Origin: Coniocarpon cinnabarinum
Lineage: Eukaryota
Assembly (NCBI GenBank): GCA_051942205.1
Contig: JAVECO010000059.1
Span: 1-64,000 of the forward strand
Direction: 5' to 3'
Length of the DNA: 64,000 nucleotides
The translations under genes and the position numbers were made by a program. Shown here one piece after another: positions 26,810 to 38,749 of the stretch (position 1 is its first letter; each line of letters opens with the position of its first letter). A model generated the notes under the pieces. The model was not told the origin of the DNA and did not search any database. It saw only the letters and a list, made by a program, of their open reading frames with translations.

Positions 26810-27401
26810 ATGCAGTCACTCCCCGACTCACGCACGCAGTCGTTTGAAGAGATATACGGACCGCCGGAGAACTTCCTAGAGGTAGAGGTACGTACACATC
26901 TGTCCATGACAGCCCTCTTCGATTTGCAACAGCCGTGGAACATGGCGAATTCGAAGGATGTAATCGTTGCAGCGCATGTGACCGCAAGAATTGCAAGCTC
27001 TGCGTACATTACGCATATAGGCAGAGCTGACCGCTCGCTCCTCATTCTAGGTACGAAATCCTCAAACTCATGGCATTGGCCGTAGTATGTACACCTCATA
27101 CGAGATTGTATGTCGCACCAATATTCCCGCCTTCAAATTGAAACAGTCCTCCGTCCGCCGCAGATACTCCGACTTCGAGTTTTTCCGTGACATTCTCGAG
27201 CGCGAAAGCGCACGTGTCACGATACCTCCACTTCCTGGCAAGGTCTTCACCAACCGCTTCAGTGATGACGTGATCGAGCATCGGCGTGACGGCCTCCAGC
27301 GATTTCTGCAGATTGTGGTCGGGCACCCGCTGCTGCAAACGGGAAGCAAGGTACTTGCCAGCTTTGTACAAGATCCCAATTGGGACCGAAACTCCTGGTA
27401 G
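26810..27401 (+). CDS. SNX3: Sorting nexin-3 (PX domain); 1 intron
   Basis: [17 protein letters not shown] / VRNPQTHG joined by intron 26888-27050; [19 protein letters not shown]. Confidence 0.95.
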
Positions 27402-28008
27402 AAGAGCCAGTGGAATGTGGGCTTTCCGAATGACGGGAAGACAAGACTCGGCTTTTGACACGAATATGATACCATTTCAAGTGGATTATTGAGCATCGGC
27501 GCAAGTGGATGTAAAAAGGAGCACGGAGGATCGTAACATTTGTAAGGCGTCTGGAAGAGAAGGTCAAGGCATGGGCGAGGGATCCCAGAACGACAACATT
27601 GGTGGAAGTCCCCAAGGTCGACACCCCCTGGCGTCAGCTTCGAATATGTGCGCAGGTCGCGCACTGCGAGTCAATATTCATATCAGTATGTTTTGTTGAG
27701 TGCTTGTAGAATGACAGGAGCGGCACGTGATTGATCAACTCACGATCTGGCTGACAGCAGTGCCACGAAGCTCCAGATCATACCCTGACAAAGTCAACAT
27801 ATGAACATTTGAGTATGACATTTACGCGTTGGCCCGGGAAAGTTGCTGGAGAATTCAATCTCAATCAACGACTACCTCGCCTCGTTCCCCGTGAAATGCT
27901 GCACAGCTTCTCGTCGTCTCTTCGTTACATCTGCCCTGCATATATCGCGTACATTGGTGAGAATTTTGTCAGCGGCTCCTCGCCCGTCGCCTTACAGCTG
28001 TACTTTGT

Positions 28009-29220
28009 ATGAGCTCCAATACACCATCTTCGTTGCCTGCGTACCAGCATAGACTACAGCCTAGCGATCTCGCTGCAACCCAATCTCGCGAGATCGGTGA
28101 GATTCTCCCACAGACTCGTCGTCATGATGCCACGATAGCACAGGAAGCGAAGCGCCCCTCACCAGTCACGAACCCATGGGGGGCGCACCTCGTCGCCGGA
28201 GCGTAAGTGACCCAACGAGAAGGACATCTCGCGATACAGGGGCCGCTGACTCTCCAAAGTGCAGGCGGTATGGCCTCCGCGATCCTCACAGCCCCACTAG
28301 ACGTCCTCAAGACCCGTCTCCAATCCGACTTCTACCAAGCGCAACTCGCAGCTGCTCGCACTGCCCGGGGCGCACCTCCCATCCACACGCTCTCCCTCTT
28401 TCGTTCCTCATTACTCCACATCCGCGAGACCCTCCAAATCCTTGTCGCCGTTCCCCGCGTTGAAGGACCGCGCGCCCTCTTCAAAGGTCTGGGCCCCAAC
28501 CTCGTCGGCGTGGTACCCGCCCGCGCTATCAACTTCTTCGCCTACGGTAACGGGAAAAGGGTAATCAGCCAGCAATTCTTCGGTGGCGACGACCGCAGCG
28601 CTGTACATTTGCTCGCTGCGGCTCAGGCGGGCATCGTCACCGGCACGGCGACTTGTCCTATTTGGGTTGTGAAGACGCGGCTGCAGCTCGATCGCAACAC
28701 GGCGGCTGCGAGAGGCGGGCAGCGTTACAAGAATGCGCTCGATTGTACGATGCAGACGCTAAGACAGGAGGGGGTGCGTGGGTTGTATCGCGGTCTCGGG
28801 GCTAGTTACCTGGGCGTCACCGAAAGCACGATGCAATGGGTCTTGTATGAACGGTTCAAGTTGTGGCTTGCGCCCCGAGAGCACGCCCAGGCACTGCGCG
28901 GACACACGTCCAAATCGGAAGAAGCCGTCAATTGGAGTCTCAAAATCGGTGCTGCGGGAATGGCCAAGTTCGTTGCGGCCATTCTCACGTATCCACATGA
29001 AGTGATACGGACGCGGTTAAGGCAAGCACCGGAGGCGAACGGACGTCTGAAGTATTCGGGGATTGTGCAGTGTGCGAGGATGATCGCTCACGAGGAGGGC
29101 ATTGCAGCTTTGTATGGGGGGTTGGTGCCACACATGATGCGTGTCGTCCCGAGCGCGGCCATCATGTTCGGGTGCTACGAGGCGATTTTGAGGCTGATGG
29201 GCACGGATTCGGGAGTCTGA
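28009..29220 (+). CDS. RIM2: Mitochondrial carrier, Rim2-like pyrimidine nucleotide transporter; 1 intron
   Basis: HLVAG / AAGGM joined by intron 28203-28259. Three carrier signatures PLDVLKTRLQ, PIWVVKTRLQ, PHEVIRTRLR; GLGPNLVGVVPARAINF. Confidence 0.88.
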
Positions 29221-29516
29221 CCTTGGTTGCAGCAACAAGGAGGGAAAGAGTATCGAGATTTCAACTTCGCCCGTGTACTATGATTGACGACATAGATTGT
29301 AAAATACCTCGATATTATAATCAACAGATCAGTCGTCTATATCTGATCTGACATTCACACTAAGCAGTATGGTGTGCAAGAATCTGGTCAAACCGCCTCG
29401 CCGTGGCCAGTCCACATATCAATTGACTCTAAGCTGTTGAATTTGCCGAGTGACCTTTGTTTAGGATTGAAAAGACCTGAAGCTCGGAATGAAGGCTAAT
29501 TTCATTGACGCCATAC

Positions 29517-29543
29517 GCTATGCTATGCTATACTATGCTATGC
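29517..29543. repeat. (ATGCT)n pentanucleotide microsatellite
   Basis: gctatgctatgctatactatgctatgc between convergent genes. Confidence 0.7.
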
Positions 29544-29655
29544 CAGTGACACAGTACGTGCCGGGTATCATTACATTAATGCTACCACTTTTGCGCTGTC
29601 AGTCTCAACCGAAGCTCCTGTTCCAGATTCCACAAGCCGGCCGTCGCTCGCCTGT

Positions 29656-32600
29656 CTATGAAAAGTTCTGCCACTGACAGCTACACCCACCGCTCCCTCC
29701 ATCAGTTCCACCGTACCCTTTGGCACTGCCACCCTCAAACGGTCCCGGTGCCGGATTCACCGCCGTACCACCATAATTCCTCGATTCACCCACAATCCCC
29801 TTCTGATCAGTGCTAGGTCGCTGATCCTCGTCAAGCCCATAGCAATAAATAGCCTTCTTTCTCGCATCACCCCCATGTCTATCCATCGTAATGGTCACAG
29901 CCAGCGGAAAGGTCCCAGGCGACGTGAACGTCATCGCTGACGCCGTCTTGTTATTTCCCTGGGGCGCAGCCGGCGTCACGGAATGCCCGGTTGATGATTT
30001 CGTCCAGATTTGCACGAGGAGGCGCGTCTGAGACCATGTGCATTGCATGTTTGCGTCTTCCCTGGCGCTTCCGCCGTGAGCGTTGACGGGGTTGGACGTG
30101 CTGTCGCTTGCGTTTGTGAGTTGCATGAAGATGCGACGGTCGAAGTAGGTATAGAAGCCGTAGTGCTCGGATGCGTTACCGCGGTTGTACAGCTTGAGCG
30201 GCTGGTTGGAGGGGAATGGTAATAGTTGTGCTTCTGCGATCGTGTGATTAGAAGCTATTGCGGGCGGAGGGAAAGATTGGAAAGCCGTGGAGTTGTCATC
30301 ACGCTTGCGATGAGGCGGCGCTGGGCTGGTGCTTGAGGTATTCGAGTCCCCGGCTGGGAGAAGCGAAATCGTGAATGGCGTCGTTTCGCCTGCAAAAGGC
30401 TCTAGTATTTTGTCTGTAGTGTTGCCTAGGAAATCTTGCTCGCCATCCGAGGGTGAAGCTGGAGAAGCCCATGTCACCAAGTCCGAGAAGCTATCTCGCT
30501 TGACAAGTGTGCTAGTATCTGCCAGCAGAGAACGGCGCTGCCAGCTGCGTCGAGCAAGAGGCGAGCTCGAAGAATTGACAAAGGTCTTGCTGTCGCCTAC
30601 GTACCGAATCTCAAGTCGGAAGTTGGGTTGATCTGGACCGTTTGGAGCCACGCTCTGTTGCTGCTCTTTCGGTAGTGCACATGACCATATGTCTGGATTG
30701 ACGACGCAGGATCCTTGAGATTTGGCATGCGGCCGAGCAATGGTGACAATGCCAGTCGGTATCGCAGGATAGCCTGTCAAATTCAGCCAAGACGCAGCTA
30801 CTGGTATGTCATCGTGATGTTGAGTCAGAGTTAGCGCAAGGATGAGTGTCAAGAGCAGTATGAAGAAAAGCACACCAGCACCCAAAGCTAGCAATTTTCG
30901 CTCCTTGGTCCAGACCCAGCGGTGACGTTTCGGTTTCTCAAAGCGGTAGCGATGATCAACTTGGTGAACTTGGGTGTCTGATTTGCTGCCAGGCCACACG
31001 TCTCCTATAAGCTTGGGCTGCGGCGAGTTCTCAACATGTTGTGCTGCTCTGGGTTGTTCGTTCCTCTCCGCTCTTATAAAATTGGGGGGAATAGGGCGCA
31101 ACTTCTCTGTCAAAACGGGCTTTTGAGGCAGAGGAGGGGGTTTGCTAGAATCGTAGAAGGTAGTCTGTCGATTGTGGTGTGCGAAAAACTCCTTAGTATG
31201 CGGTCGATCATAATTTACTTGCGACGAGTTCGGTGGAGGTGGTTGGGGACTCTTGGTACGAATTCTGCGTGCTGATTGTATTGGACGCGCATCCGCAACT
31301 TCGACTACTCCTGGAGATAAGGTATCAAAGGCTGATTTTGGTGAGGCACTCTTCTGCTCATGTTCATGTGTTGCTTGTGTAGGTGTGCGCCACGTGAAGT
31401 AGCTCTTACTTTGAGGGGTTTTGGAGCCGAGATTAGGCGAGTGATTCCTTGGAGAGCAGCCTCTAGGCTTTTGGACCGGGCTTGCGGCATCAGACGCTTT
31501 TGTAGAAATATTCGTTGAAGCGGGGCTAGCGTCTGGCGATGTGTGGTTGGAAGAGGTAGATGACAGACGAGCCTTGACAGAACGACGCTCAGCATCATTG
31601 TTCTGAAGACTCTTTTCATGCGGCTGCTCATCAATGTCGGAGCTTCGGTCGTAGTCTTCGAAGATTGTCGAGCCGCTATCTCGAGCTCCATCACCATACT
31701 GCACGTGAAAGTCATAGTATTCGTCCGCCGCTCCGCCGGGAACATATGACAACCCGCTGACTGCTCTGCCAGATGATGGCGACGACAACGCGCCTGATTG
31801 GCCTCCACCCATATTGCGGGTCTCTGCTTCGCCCATGGCTGCGGCGTGATCAAGGACCGGGACCTCGGGCGCGTCTGGGTCAGTCGTGTAAGCTCTGCCT
31901 CGCGGGGAGGTGTGAAATGTCATTTTCTTTCCCTCTACCGGGCTGAGGATAAGATTCCACCATCCTTTTGACCGCCGTGGGGTAGCAGGAACTGTATCAA
32001 TGCTAGCACGTCGCTCATCAATGCTTATCGGCGACGGGCGCTTGGAAGACGTAGAGGAATCATCATCAGACGCCGCACTTGTGGAACTGGGCGGGGTTCG
32101 GGCAGAGACTGGCGTCTTGATAGATGCAAATGGCATTGCCAGGTGAGCAATAGGTGGTATGCTGACGAGATTCAAGCGGGGGAACTTCCGCACTTTCGCC
32201 GCCGGTGTCGATTCATGAGATATGGGTGCTGCATGAGTGTACACACTCGACGTGGGCCTGGGTAGTCGCCTTTGGCGCGGAGGATCTGCCATTTCTTGTG
32301 TGACATTTTCTGATGAGTCGAGAATGATTACGGGCGCTTTCAGAGCATCAATATCAGATGCTTGGCTCTGATCAATGCCGTCACAAGCCGAACTGTCGCC
32401 TCCCTTTGATCCTTGTTTGTTGCTCAGTTTGTCGATGATTCTACCATGTGCAGGCGAAGAATTGTGGTCTGATAAACCATGCGCGCTTGTGAGTGGACCA
32501 TTGTGCCGGCCTCGGGGAGAGCCGATGGCTGGGTGACTTTCGCTGACTTGGTCAGAGGACGTTTTGGGTAGTCCATTTGTGTCGTGAGCGCTTTGACTAT

Positions 32601-32790
32601 CGAACGAAATCCCGAGTGGACTTTTCTCGCGGCGACGCCGCTCAGAGGCGTCTCGCGTGGACTGGCGCGTGGTAGTGTTTGCTTCTCGGCCTGCATGCAA
32701 ACCATCAGGTCCTACGAGCTTGATGGCCTTTCCTGGAAGACCGAGCGGATGGCGAAAGACCTTCGGTTGTAGGATGCCGGCGTCTGACAT
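29656..32790 (-). CDS. Single-pass membrane protein, disordered N-terminus and Cys-containing C-terminal domain; function unknown
   Basis: 1044-aa ORF. One strong TM segment (LLALGAGVLFFILLLTLILALTL) after a basic stretch, then WLNLTGYPAIPTG, WSCALP, CTWSQT, GGCSCQWQN. Confidence 0.8.
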   Translation of the reverse strand: MSDAGILQPKVFRHPLGLPGKAIKLVGPDGLHAGREANTTTRQSTRDASERRRREKSPLGISFDSQSAHDTNGLPKTSSDQVSESHPAIGSPRGRHNGPLTSAHGLSDHNSSPAHGRIIDKLSNKQGSKGGDSSACDGIDQSQASDIDALKAPVIILDSSENVTQEMADPPRQRRLPRPTSSVYTHAAPISHESTPAAKVRKFPRLNLVSIPPIAHLAMPFASIKTPVSARTPPSSTSAASDDDSSTSSKRPSPISIDERRASIDTVPATPRRSKGWWNLILSPVEGKKMTFHTSPRGRAYTTDPDAPEVPVLDHAAAMGEAETRNMGGGQSGALSSPSSGRAVSGLSYVPGGAADEYYDFHVQYGDGARDSGSTIFEDYDRSSDIDEQPHEKSLQNNDAERRSVKARLSSTSSNHTSPDASPASTNISTKASDAASPVQKPRGCSPRNHSPNLGSKTPQSKSYFTWRTPTQATHEHEQKSASPKSAFDTLSPGVVEVADARPIQSARRIRTKSPQPPPPNSSQVNYDRPHTKEFFAHHNRQTTFYDSSKPPPLPQKPVLTEKLRPIPPNFIRAERNEQPRAAQHVENSPQPKLIGDVWPGSKSDTQVHQVDHRYRFEKPKRHRWVWTKERKLLALGAGVLFFILLLTLILALTLTQHHDDIPVAASWLNLTGYPAIPTGIVTIARPHAKSQGSCVVNPDIWSCALPKEQQQSVAPNGPDQPNFRLEIRYVGDSKTFVNSSSSPLARRSWQRRSLLADTSTLVKRDSFSDLVTWASPASPSDGEQDFLGNTTDKILEPFAGETTPFTISLLPAGDSNTSSTSPAPPHRKRDDNSTAFQSFPPPAIASNHTIAEAQLLPFPSNQPLKLYNRGNASEHYGFYTYFDRRIFMQLTNASDSTSNPVNAHGGSAREDANMQCTWSQTRLLVQIWTKSSTGHSVTPAAPQGNNKTASAMTFTSPGTFPLAVTITMDRHGGDARKKAIYCYGLDEDQRPSTDQKGIVGESRNYGGTAVNPAPGPFEGGSAKGYGGTDGGSGGCSCQWQNFS

Positions 32791-34264
32791 GAGCCTGCAC
32801 GTACAGGCGCGACGGCGTATTAAACTTGTGTATTAAAAGTCCAGTAGAGGTGGTGGCTGCCAGCGGCCTACACAAACAACTAGTGTACGAGAGTAGACGA
32901 CGCAGAAGATCAACTGTGCCGAAGAAAACACAAAAGAAACAATTAGAAAGATGGTATGGGAGCAAATATGGCACGGTGCTGCAGAGTGAAGGGATTGGGA
33001 AGGAAAAAGGCAAGCAAAGAGGTGTCTCACAAGCGGGCAGGTTTCCGCAGAGGCAAGACATTGAGCAGGGCAGACTGGTTTGTGTCGTTCCTGGGCTGGG
33101 TCTACCTAAAACACTCGAGGTGGTGTTGAATACAAACGCATGGTGCGGATCAATGAGAGAGCGAGAAGACCAGTCGCTGTGCATGGGCTGTGGATTAAGC
33201 GCTGGCATGGAATGAGAAGTGGAAGGCGACGGCGGTTGGCCAGGAATTGCTCGCGTCGAATGCGGCGCTAAGACCAAGACATTCATGCCTGAACATATGC
33301 CAGGACGTGTGCGCGCTGTACTGTGTGAGAGACAGTGTCAGCAGGCACTGTAGCGCAAGCCTGAGGTTAGAGTGCTCATGCTGAGCGGCGACGTCGTGGA
33401 TCTCACGCGTCAACGAACGAGAAAGATCACGGGACGTGTTGCCGGTCTCAGTCACGTGTTTGAAGTCACGTGCCTCTGAGTCTTGGCACAACCGGGTCCG
33501 TCAGCCAGTAGGAACGCGTTTTTGAGATGGTGGGCAAGCACCGAAGCACCAATCAACGGATGCGGTCGTCAGTCTCCTACACTCGAATGCGAGGCCGCTC
33601 TTCTCCACCCACTGGCCTCTTCGCAAGCTTGCCATCATGTGTCTCTGCATTCCTCGCCGCGCACGACGCCGCTCGACTCAAACTCCGCGCAGCTAATTTA
33701 AGCTGGCGAGATAAGAGACAGACGCCTTCCTTGATCGCGCCTAGGCCCCCGCTCACGTCAGAACTCGCCATTTCCCCAAAATTTGAACCCTCCAAATCGG
33801 CCATGTACAACTACTGCTCTTCTCGGTGGCGTCTGTAGGCGTGTCTGGCCGGGCCAGCGCACCTGTCATATTGATTCATTGAGCTTATTCCCTCAGCGAG
33901 CCTATTCATCGTCCTGTTCCCGCGATTCCCTCTGCCCTGGCCCGCCTCCAATCCACCGCACGGCCGCGCTGGTGTATTACATGTGTGATCCGTCGCAAAC
34001 GTGCTCCACGCCCGCCCGTCTTTGTCTGCTCTGCTGCTGCTCCAGGCTCCAATGTCGCCCAGTCAACAAACGTCGACGATCAGTGCTTCCCAACATCGTC
34101 GGCGAACCTCTTTGCTCACCGCGCCTTCACCTGCGTCCGAGGAGAAGACCCTCTGGTCCACACGAGTCAGCCGTCGAGGCTCCACCTCCGGCGCGCAGCC
34201 TCCCACAGTCGCCGTCGCACAGGTCCCTTCTTCGCTTCCGCCCATTGAAGCCAGCCCTCGGCTA

Positions 34265-35744
34265 ATGAGCCTCAGTCGAACGCCTTCTCCACAGCAAGGT
34301 GGTGGGTGGAGCTCCCCTGGTCTGGTTGCTCCCAGGAGTAAGCATGGATCGCCTGCTCGTAGATCGCCGTCGCCGCGCGGCCATTTTGTAGACGAGCCAC
34401 ATCAGGCCACGTGGACGACGGCGCAGGCAAGGAGTCGCGAAGTCAAGGGCTTTGAAACAAAGCGCAAGAGCTGGATTCCGAGGAATTTGAGTGTCTCGTT
34501 GCCTCGCTTCATCAACCAGAACGCTTGGAATACACAGAACAAATATGCAACCAAAGAAAAAGTCAACCGAGGGAGAATACCGCAGAATAATATGGAAAGA
34601 CTGCGCATGCTGGGCGCCGTTTTAACGAGAGGCGCATTCAGATTTCGTGCACAACTTGCCATACTACTGTGTTTCTTACTGATCGTCATCCTCTACTACA
34701 AAACCTCGGCGCATCAGCTCTACCGACGTACTGGCTTCCTCGGTGGCGGCAATAAGTTCGTCGTGATCCTTGCTACAAATGTTGGGGGTGGCGTGATGGA
34801 ATGGAAGGGGCCGCGCGAGTGGGCCATTGAGAGGGACAGCGTCCGAAACAAGAAGCGGTACGCGGCGCAACATGGCTATTATCTCGAGATTGTTGATATG
34901 TCCACGAAGAAGCGCTACGCGCATGAATGGCGGGAAGGATGGGAAAAGGTGGACACAATTCGCAGATGCATGCGAGAGTACCCGTCTGCGGAGTGGTGAG
35001 CCTGGTTGGTTCTGTTCTCCGTGAATAATCGCTAATCGAGGAATCAGGTTCTGGTGGCTCGACTTGAACACTTTCATCATGGAGCCTTCGTATTCACTGC
35101 AAAGTCACATCTTTAACGATCTCGCCGCAAACGCGTATCGCGACATCAACGAGTGGAATCCGCTCAACATTACTCATCCGCCCGACTTGAAGTACCTTGA
35201 TCAGGATTCAAAGTCAGCTGTTGGGGATGGCGATCCCAACTCCATCGACATGCTCATAAGTCAAGACTGCAGCGGATTTAACCTCGGATCGTTCTTCATG
35301 CGCCGCTCGTCTTGGACCGACCGCCTACTGGATGTCTGGTGGGATCCAGTGCACTACGAACAACGACACATGCAATGGGAGCATAAAGAGCAGGACGCTT
35401 TTGAGAACCTCTACATTCACCAACCGTGGATCCGACCACGCACCGCTTTTTATCGTCAACGCACGGCGAATTCGTTCCCACCCGGGGCATGTGGTGAGAA
35501 CGATACCCGCATTCACTACGACCAGAAGGATCGCGACTTTCTCATCAACATGGCTGGTTGCGAATGGGGAAGGGACTGTTGGGGTGAGATGTACCACTAC
35601 CGGGAGCTCAGCAACTACATCAATAGGACTCCTTGGGAGAAGTTCAAGGACGGTATCGATAGCGGCTTCACAACAGTATTTGGCAGCAAAGAGAAGACCG
35701 AAGAGGACGCAAGAGATGGTAAAGATGCGGTGCCTGCCACGTGA
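34265..35744 (+). CDS. MNN10: Golgi alpha-1,6-mannosyltransferase subunit Mnn10-like (GT34); 1 intron; alternative in-frame ATG at 34052
   Basis: Type II TM segment; KKRYAHEWREGWEKVD; intron 34996-35047 gives EWFWWLDLNTFIMEP; QDCSGFNLGSF, WEHKEQDA, NMAGCEWGRDCW. Confidence 0.9.
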
Positions 35745-36129
35745 ATTGTTTGACATCTTGTTTGAAAACGTGATACCCCATTTATTCAGCATAGCACCGG
35801 CGTTCGTCAGGCTACATGCATCCGCACATCGAATCTAGGGCGATGTGAGCAGCGGACGCCTGCAACTTATTTGGGTATTGGCCACATTCCGTCGCTATTT
35901 TACACAGGTACCAAAATTCGGTTAATCAGGGAGCGTAGAGTTGGAGGAGTGCGCTCGGGTTTGAAACCCTCTTTGATAGGTAGAAATGAATCGCGCACGG
36001 CCGCTGCATTGCAAGCGAATGTGACTGCGTCTTTCTCCAAAGTCATCACGCCGTCTGATTTGCGCTTCGCTTGAGCGAATACCGGGTCCTGTGAAGGTTT
36101 CGCTGTAACAAAAAGCATCCGATCAGATA

Positions 36130-36544
36130 TCATGAACTGGTCTTTGGCGTCACATTTGGATCAAAACCCTCCAAGTGATTCTGCTGTTGGAACAAGTAAC
36201 CCTTCACTTTCGACTCCTTAAGTAGCTCCAAATATCTCTCTGCTTTCTGTGTCAGTTTCACTCCTCTGACGCCACTAAACCCTTGTGCAATCATGTGCTT
36301 TCTGGGACCCGAACTCACCCCGATAAACACTGCACTTCTCAAAATGATTCACCCCCTCTCTTCGATAGCATTTCCCCATCTCGTCTCGCACCAGCCTTGC
36401 CATCATACTCCTGACCCATTGCTCACGGATGATAGCGTCTTGTGCCTTTTTCAGCGCGACTGTGTCGTTATAATCGACGCCGTCGAAGGTTGGCGGTACG
36501 GTTGGCTTTTTTGCGATGAAGGCGGCGGACTCGGGAATGGGCAT
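36130..36544 (-). CDS. NADH:ubiquinone oxidoreductase 12-kDa subunit (NDUFB10-like); 1 intron
   Basis: PPTFDGVDY, REQWVRSMMARLVR, CYRREGVNHFEKC; intron 36318-36240 joins to ERYLELLK. Confidence 0.9.
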
Positions 36545-37276
36545 TGTGTCGGGTGCCTGTCGCTGTCGGGCGACGACTTCGAAGGGTTCGTAGTTTGCCA
36601 GGACGGTGGCACTTCTCTGAGGATGCGGACTGAGTGTGCGGACTGAAGACGTGGGATGCTCAAGTGGCACAAGCGTGCCTGGTGATAGCGGCCCTATCGG
36701 CCGAGCTCGTCACTGCTACTGTCGAGCTGCTTTGAGTTTTGAGGTGAGGTGAGATGAGCACAGAGACTTCAGTATCTCACGAGCGGATCCTCGGAGCATT
36801 CAACGAGTTTATACACGAGACCAGAGCTCTCTAGTCTACGTGAGGTCTGAAGTAGGCGAGCTCGTCGTGCCATCCTCACAAATGAGGCAGCATCTCTTCC
36901 TTTAACATGACCCCCATTACTGCACTCTTCTCCGTTCTCCTCCTCTCTACTCTCATTGATAGTCTGGTCTCAAGAGTTTCAGGGCCTATGCAAGCCAATC
37001 CAATGGCGATAGTTCCACGTTCGGATCCGCAAGGCAGAATGTTTGGGTGTCTCCCTGCCCGTACAAAGCCTTCTCGCCGAACAAAGGCAAAGGGAAGTCC
37101 CTCCTGCAACCGCAAGCGTTAATGGTCCCTAGCAGCATCGCACGTTCGCAAAAATCATCCACAATTCCTCCAAATGTCAAAACCGTGTCTTGCAAAGCTT
37201 TCCATGACTCTAATCTCGTTCTCTTCTGTTTCTCGTCATCTACTTTGTGCTGGTCGCCCATGATCCACGGCTTTCT

Positions 37277-38749
37277 ATGTGCATTCATGCCCTCTACATC
37301 TTCCACTGCGGCCACCACTACTTTGCCACCCAGCCCTTGCTCCTCTGCCAATACCGTGATCCTCATCGGAAGATGCCGTATCCCACCACGCGCGACCTCA
37401 ATGAGCGGCTTCAGGAGCGTCAGGTTCCCCGCCGTGTTCACGCTCATCAGAAAAACGTGTCGCTCGTGGCTAGTCCGCCATTTAGTCCTCGCAAGGCATT
37501 AGAGCAAGCGAAGCAATCGAAATTGCCCTTACCCACAAGCCCAACAAAGAGTCCAACCAAGTCGTTGTCAAGTCCCAAGAGCCGCCTAGGTCTGCCCAAT
37601 TCACCAACCGTATCTTCCGCAACTCCGCCGCGTTTGGGAAGTGGCTCGCGAAGGACGCAGATGAAGAGGGCGGATGACTCTTGGCTGAAGGGAAAACAAG
37701 TGGGCATGGATGCTTGCTCGGTTATCTCGAAGCCCGTTGAAGAAAGAACATCGCACGCGCGCAAGCGCTCTGAGAACCGTCCTGCCCCGAGTGTGATTCC
37801 CCAGGAGGCGCTTGTCGTGCCTTCTGGCAAGCTTTCTGAGCTTCCCAATACGCTTCTGAGAAGACATATCCTTGCTCGAGAGCCAGCCGTGACTGGTCGA
37901 TTTGAATCCACAGACCCAGCTACTCTGGCGAAGTCTTCCGCTAGTCAATCCGCGGATCCTGCAAAACGCTCGAACACACTGCCTGACGAAAATGGGGCAT
38001 TTCATCACTCCGGGCCTGCTGTGGAGCCGAGGCCAGAAAAGGATGTGCCAAAGTCGAATCCGAAGACACTCAGAACGATCGATATGGCGACGACTGCAAG
38101 GTCGGAAGACGCACGAAATGCCGTCGTCCAAGCTAGAGCCGGCAGCAGCTGCAAACGGAAAGGTCATCCGTATACGTCGCATTTCATTCCGTACCTATGT
38201 GAGCCATGCGTAGCCGCATCGCAAGAACGAGAACGTGATCGTCGACAACGTCTCGAGGCCTCACTAGCAGACAACGGGCTTATCGAGCGAGTAAAGCTAG
38301 AAGAGTGGCAATGGCGGACCAAGTTTAACGCAGGTTGTGAATCCAAAGAACCCTGTCGACCGCGTGCGAAAGGGAAGACCGATCCAGTTCCCGACACCAA
38401 TGGAAAGGCGGGCGAAGGAGCCGAGTCTCATACAGGAGAAGCACACACAGGCGAAGACTCGATCAAAGACGGTGAGAAAGAAGAGCAAAAGCGTCTAAAA
38501 GAAGAAGCCGAAATGCTCGTCAAAATGGAAGAAGCCAATCGACAACTCGAAGAAGCTATGGCATCAAGACGCCGCAGCGACGGCGTGCCAGTACCTGAAA
38601 AGGGGACTGCGCGACAGAGCTGGGTACAGGGACTAAGACGAAGCTGGGGGAGTGAAAGTAAGGTCGAAGTTGGAGCTGAACGGTTGACTGGTGGGAAGGG
38701 GAGGGCGAGTTGGCGTGTTTCGAGGTGGCCTGGGAGGGAGGAGTATTGA
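37277..38749 (+). CDS. Hypothetical low-complexity protein with Cys/His motifs
   Basis: About 490-aa open frame from MCIHALYIFHCGHHYF; S/P/K-rich middle; later C..GHPY...YLCEPC. Confidence 0.7.
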   Translation: MCIHALYIFHCGHHYFATQPLLLCQYRDPHRKMPYPTTRDLNERLQERQVPRRVHAHQKNVSLVASPPFSPRKALEQAKQSKLPLPTSPTKSPTKSLSSPKSRLGLPNSPTVSSATPPRLGSGSRRTQMKRADDSWLKGKQVGMDACSVISKPVEERTSHARKRSENRPAPSVIPQEALVVPSGKLSELPNTLLRRHILAREPAVTGRFESTDPATLAKSSASQSADPAKRSNTLPDENGAFHHSGPAVEPRPEKDVPKSNPKTLRTIDMATTARSEDARNAVVQARAGSSCKRKGHPYTSHFIPYLCEPCVAASQERERDRRQRLEASLADNGLIERVKLEEWQWRTKFNAGCESKEPCRPRAKGKTDPVPDTNGKAGEGAESHTGEAHTGEDSIKDGEKEEQKRLKEEAEMLVKMEEANRQLEEAMASRRRSDGVPVPEKGTARQSWVQGLRRSWGSESKVEVGAERLTGGKGRASWRVSRWPGREEY

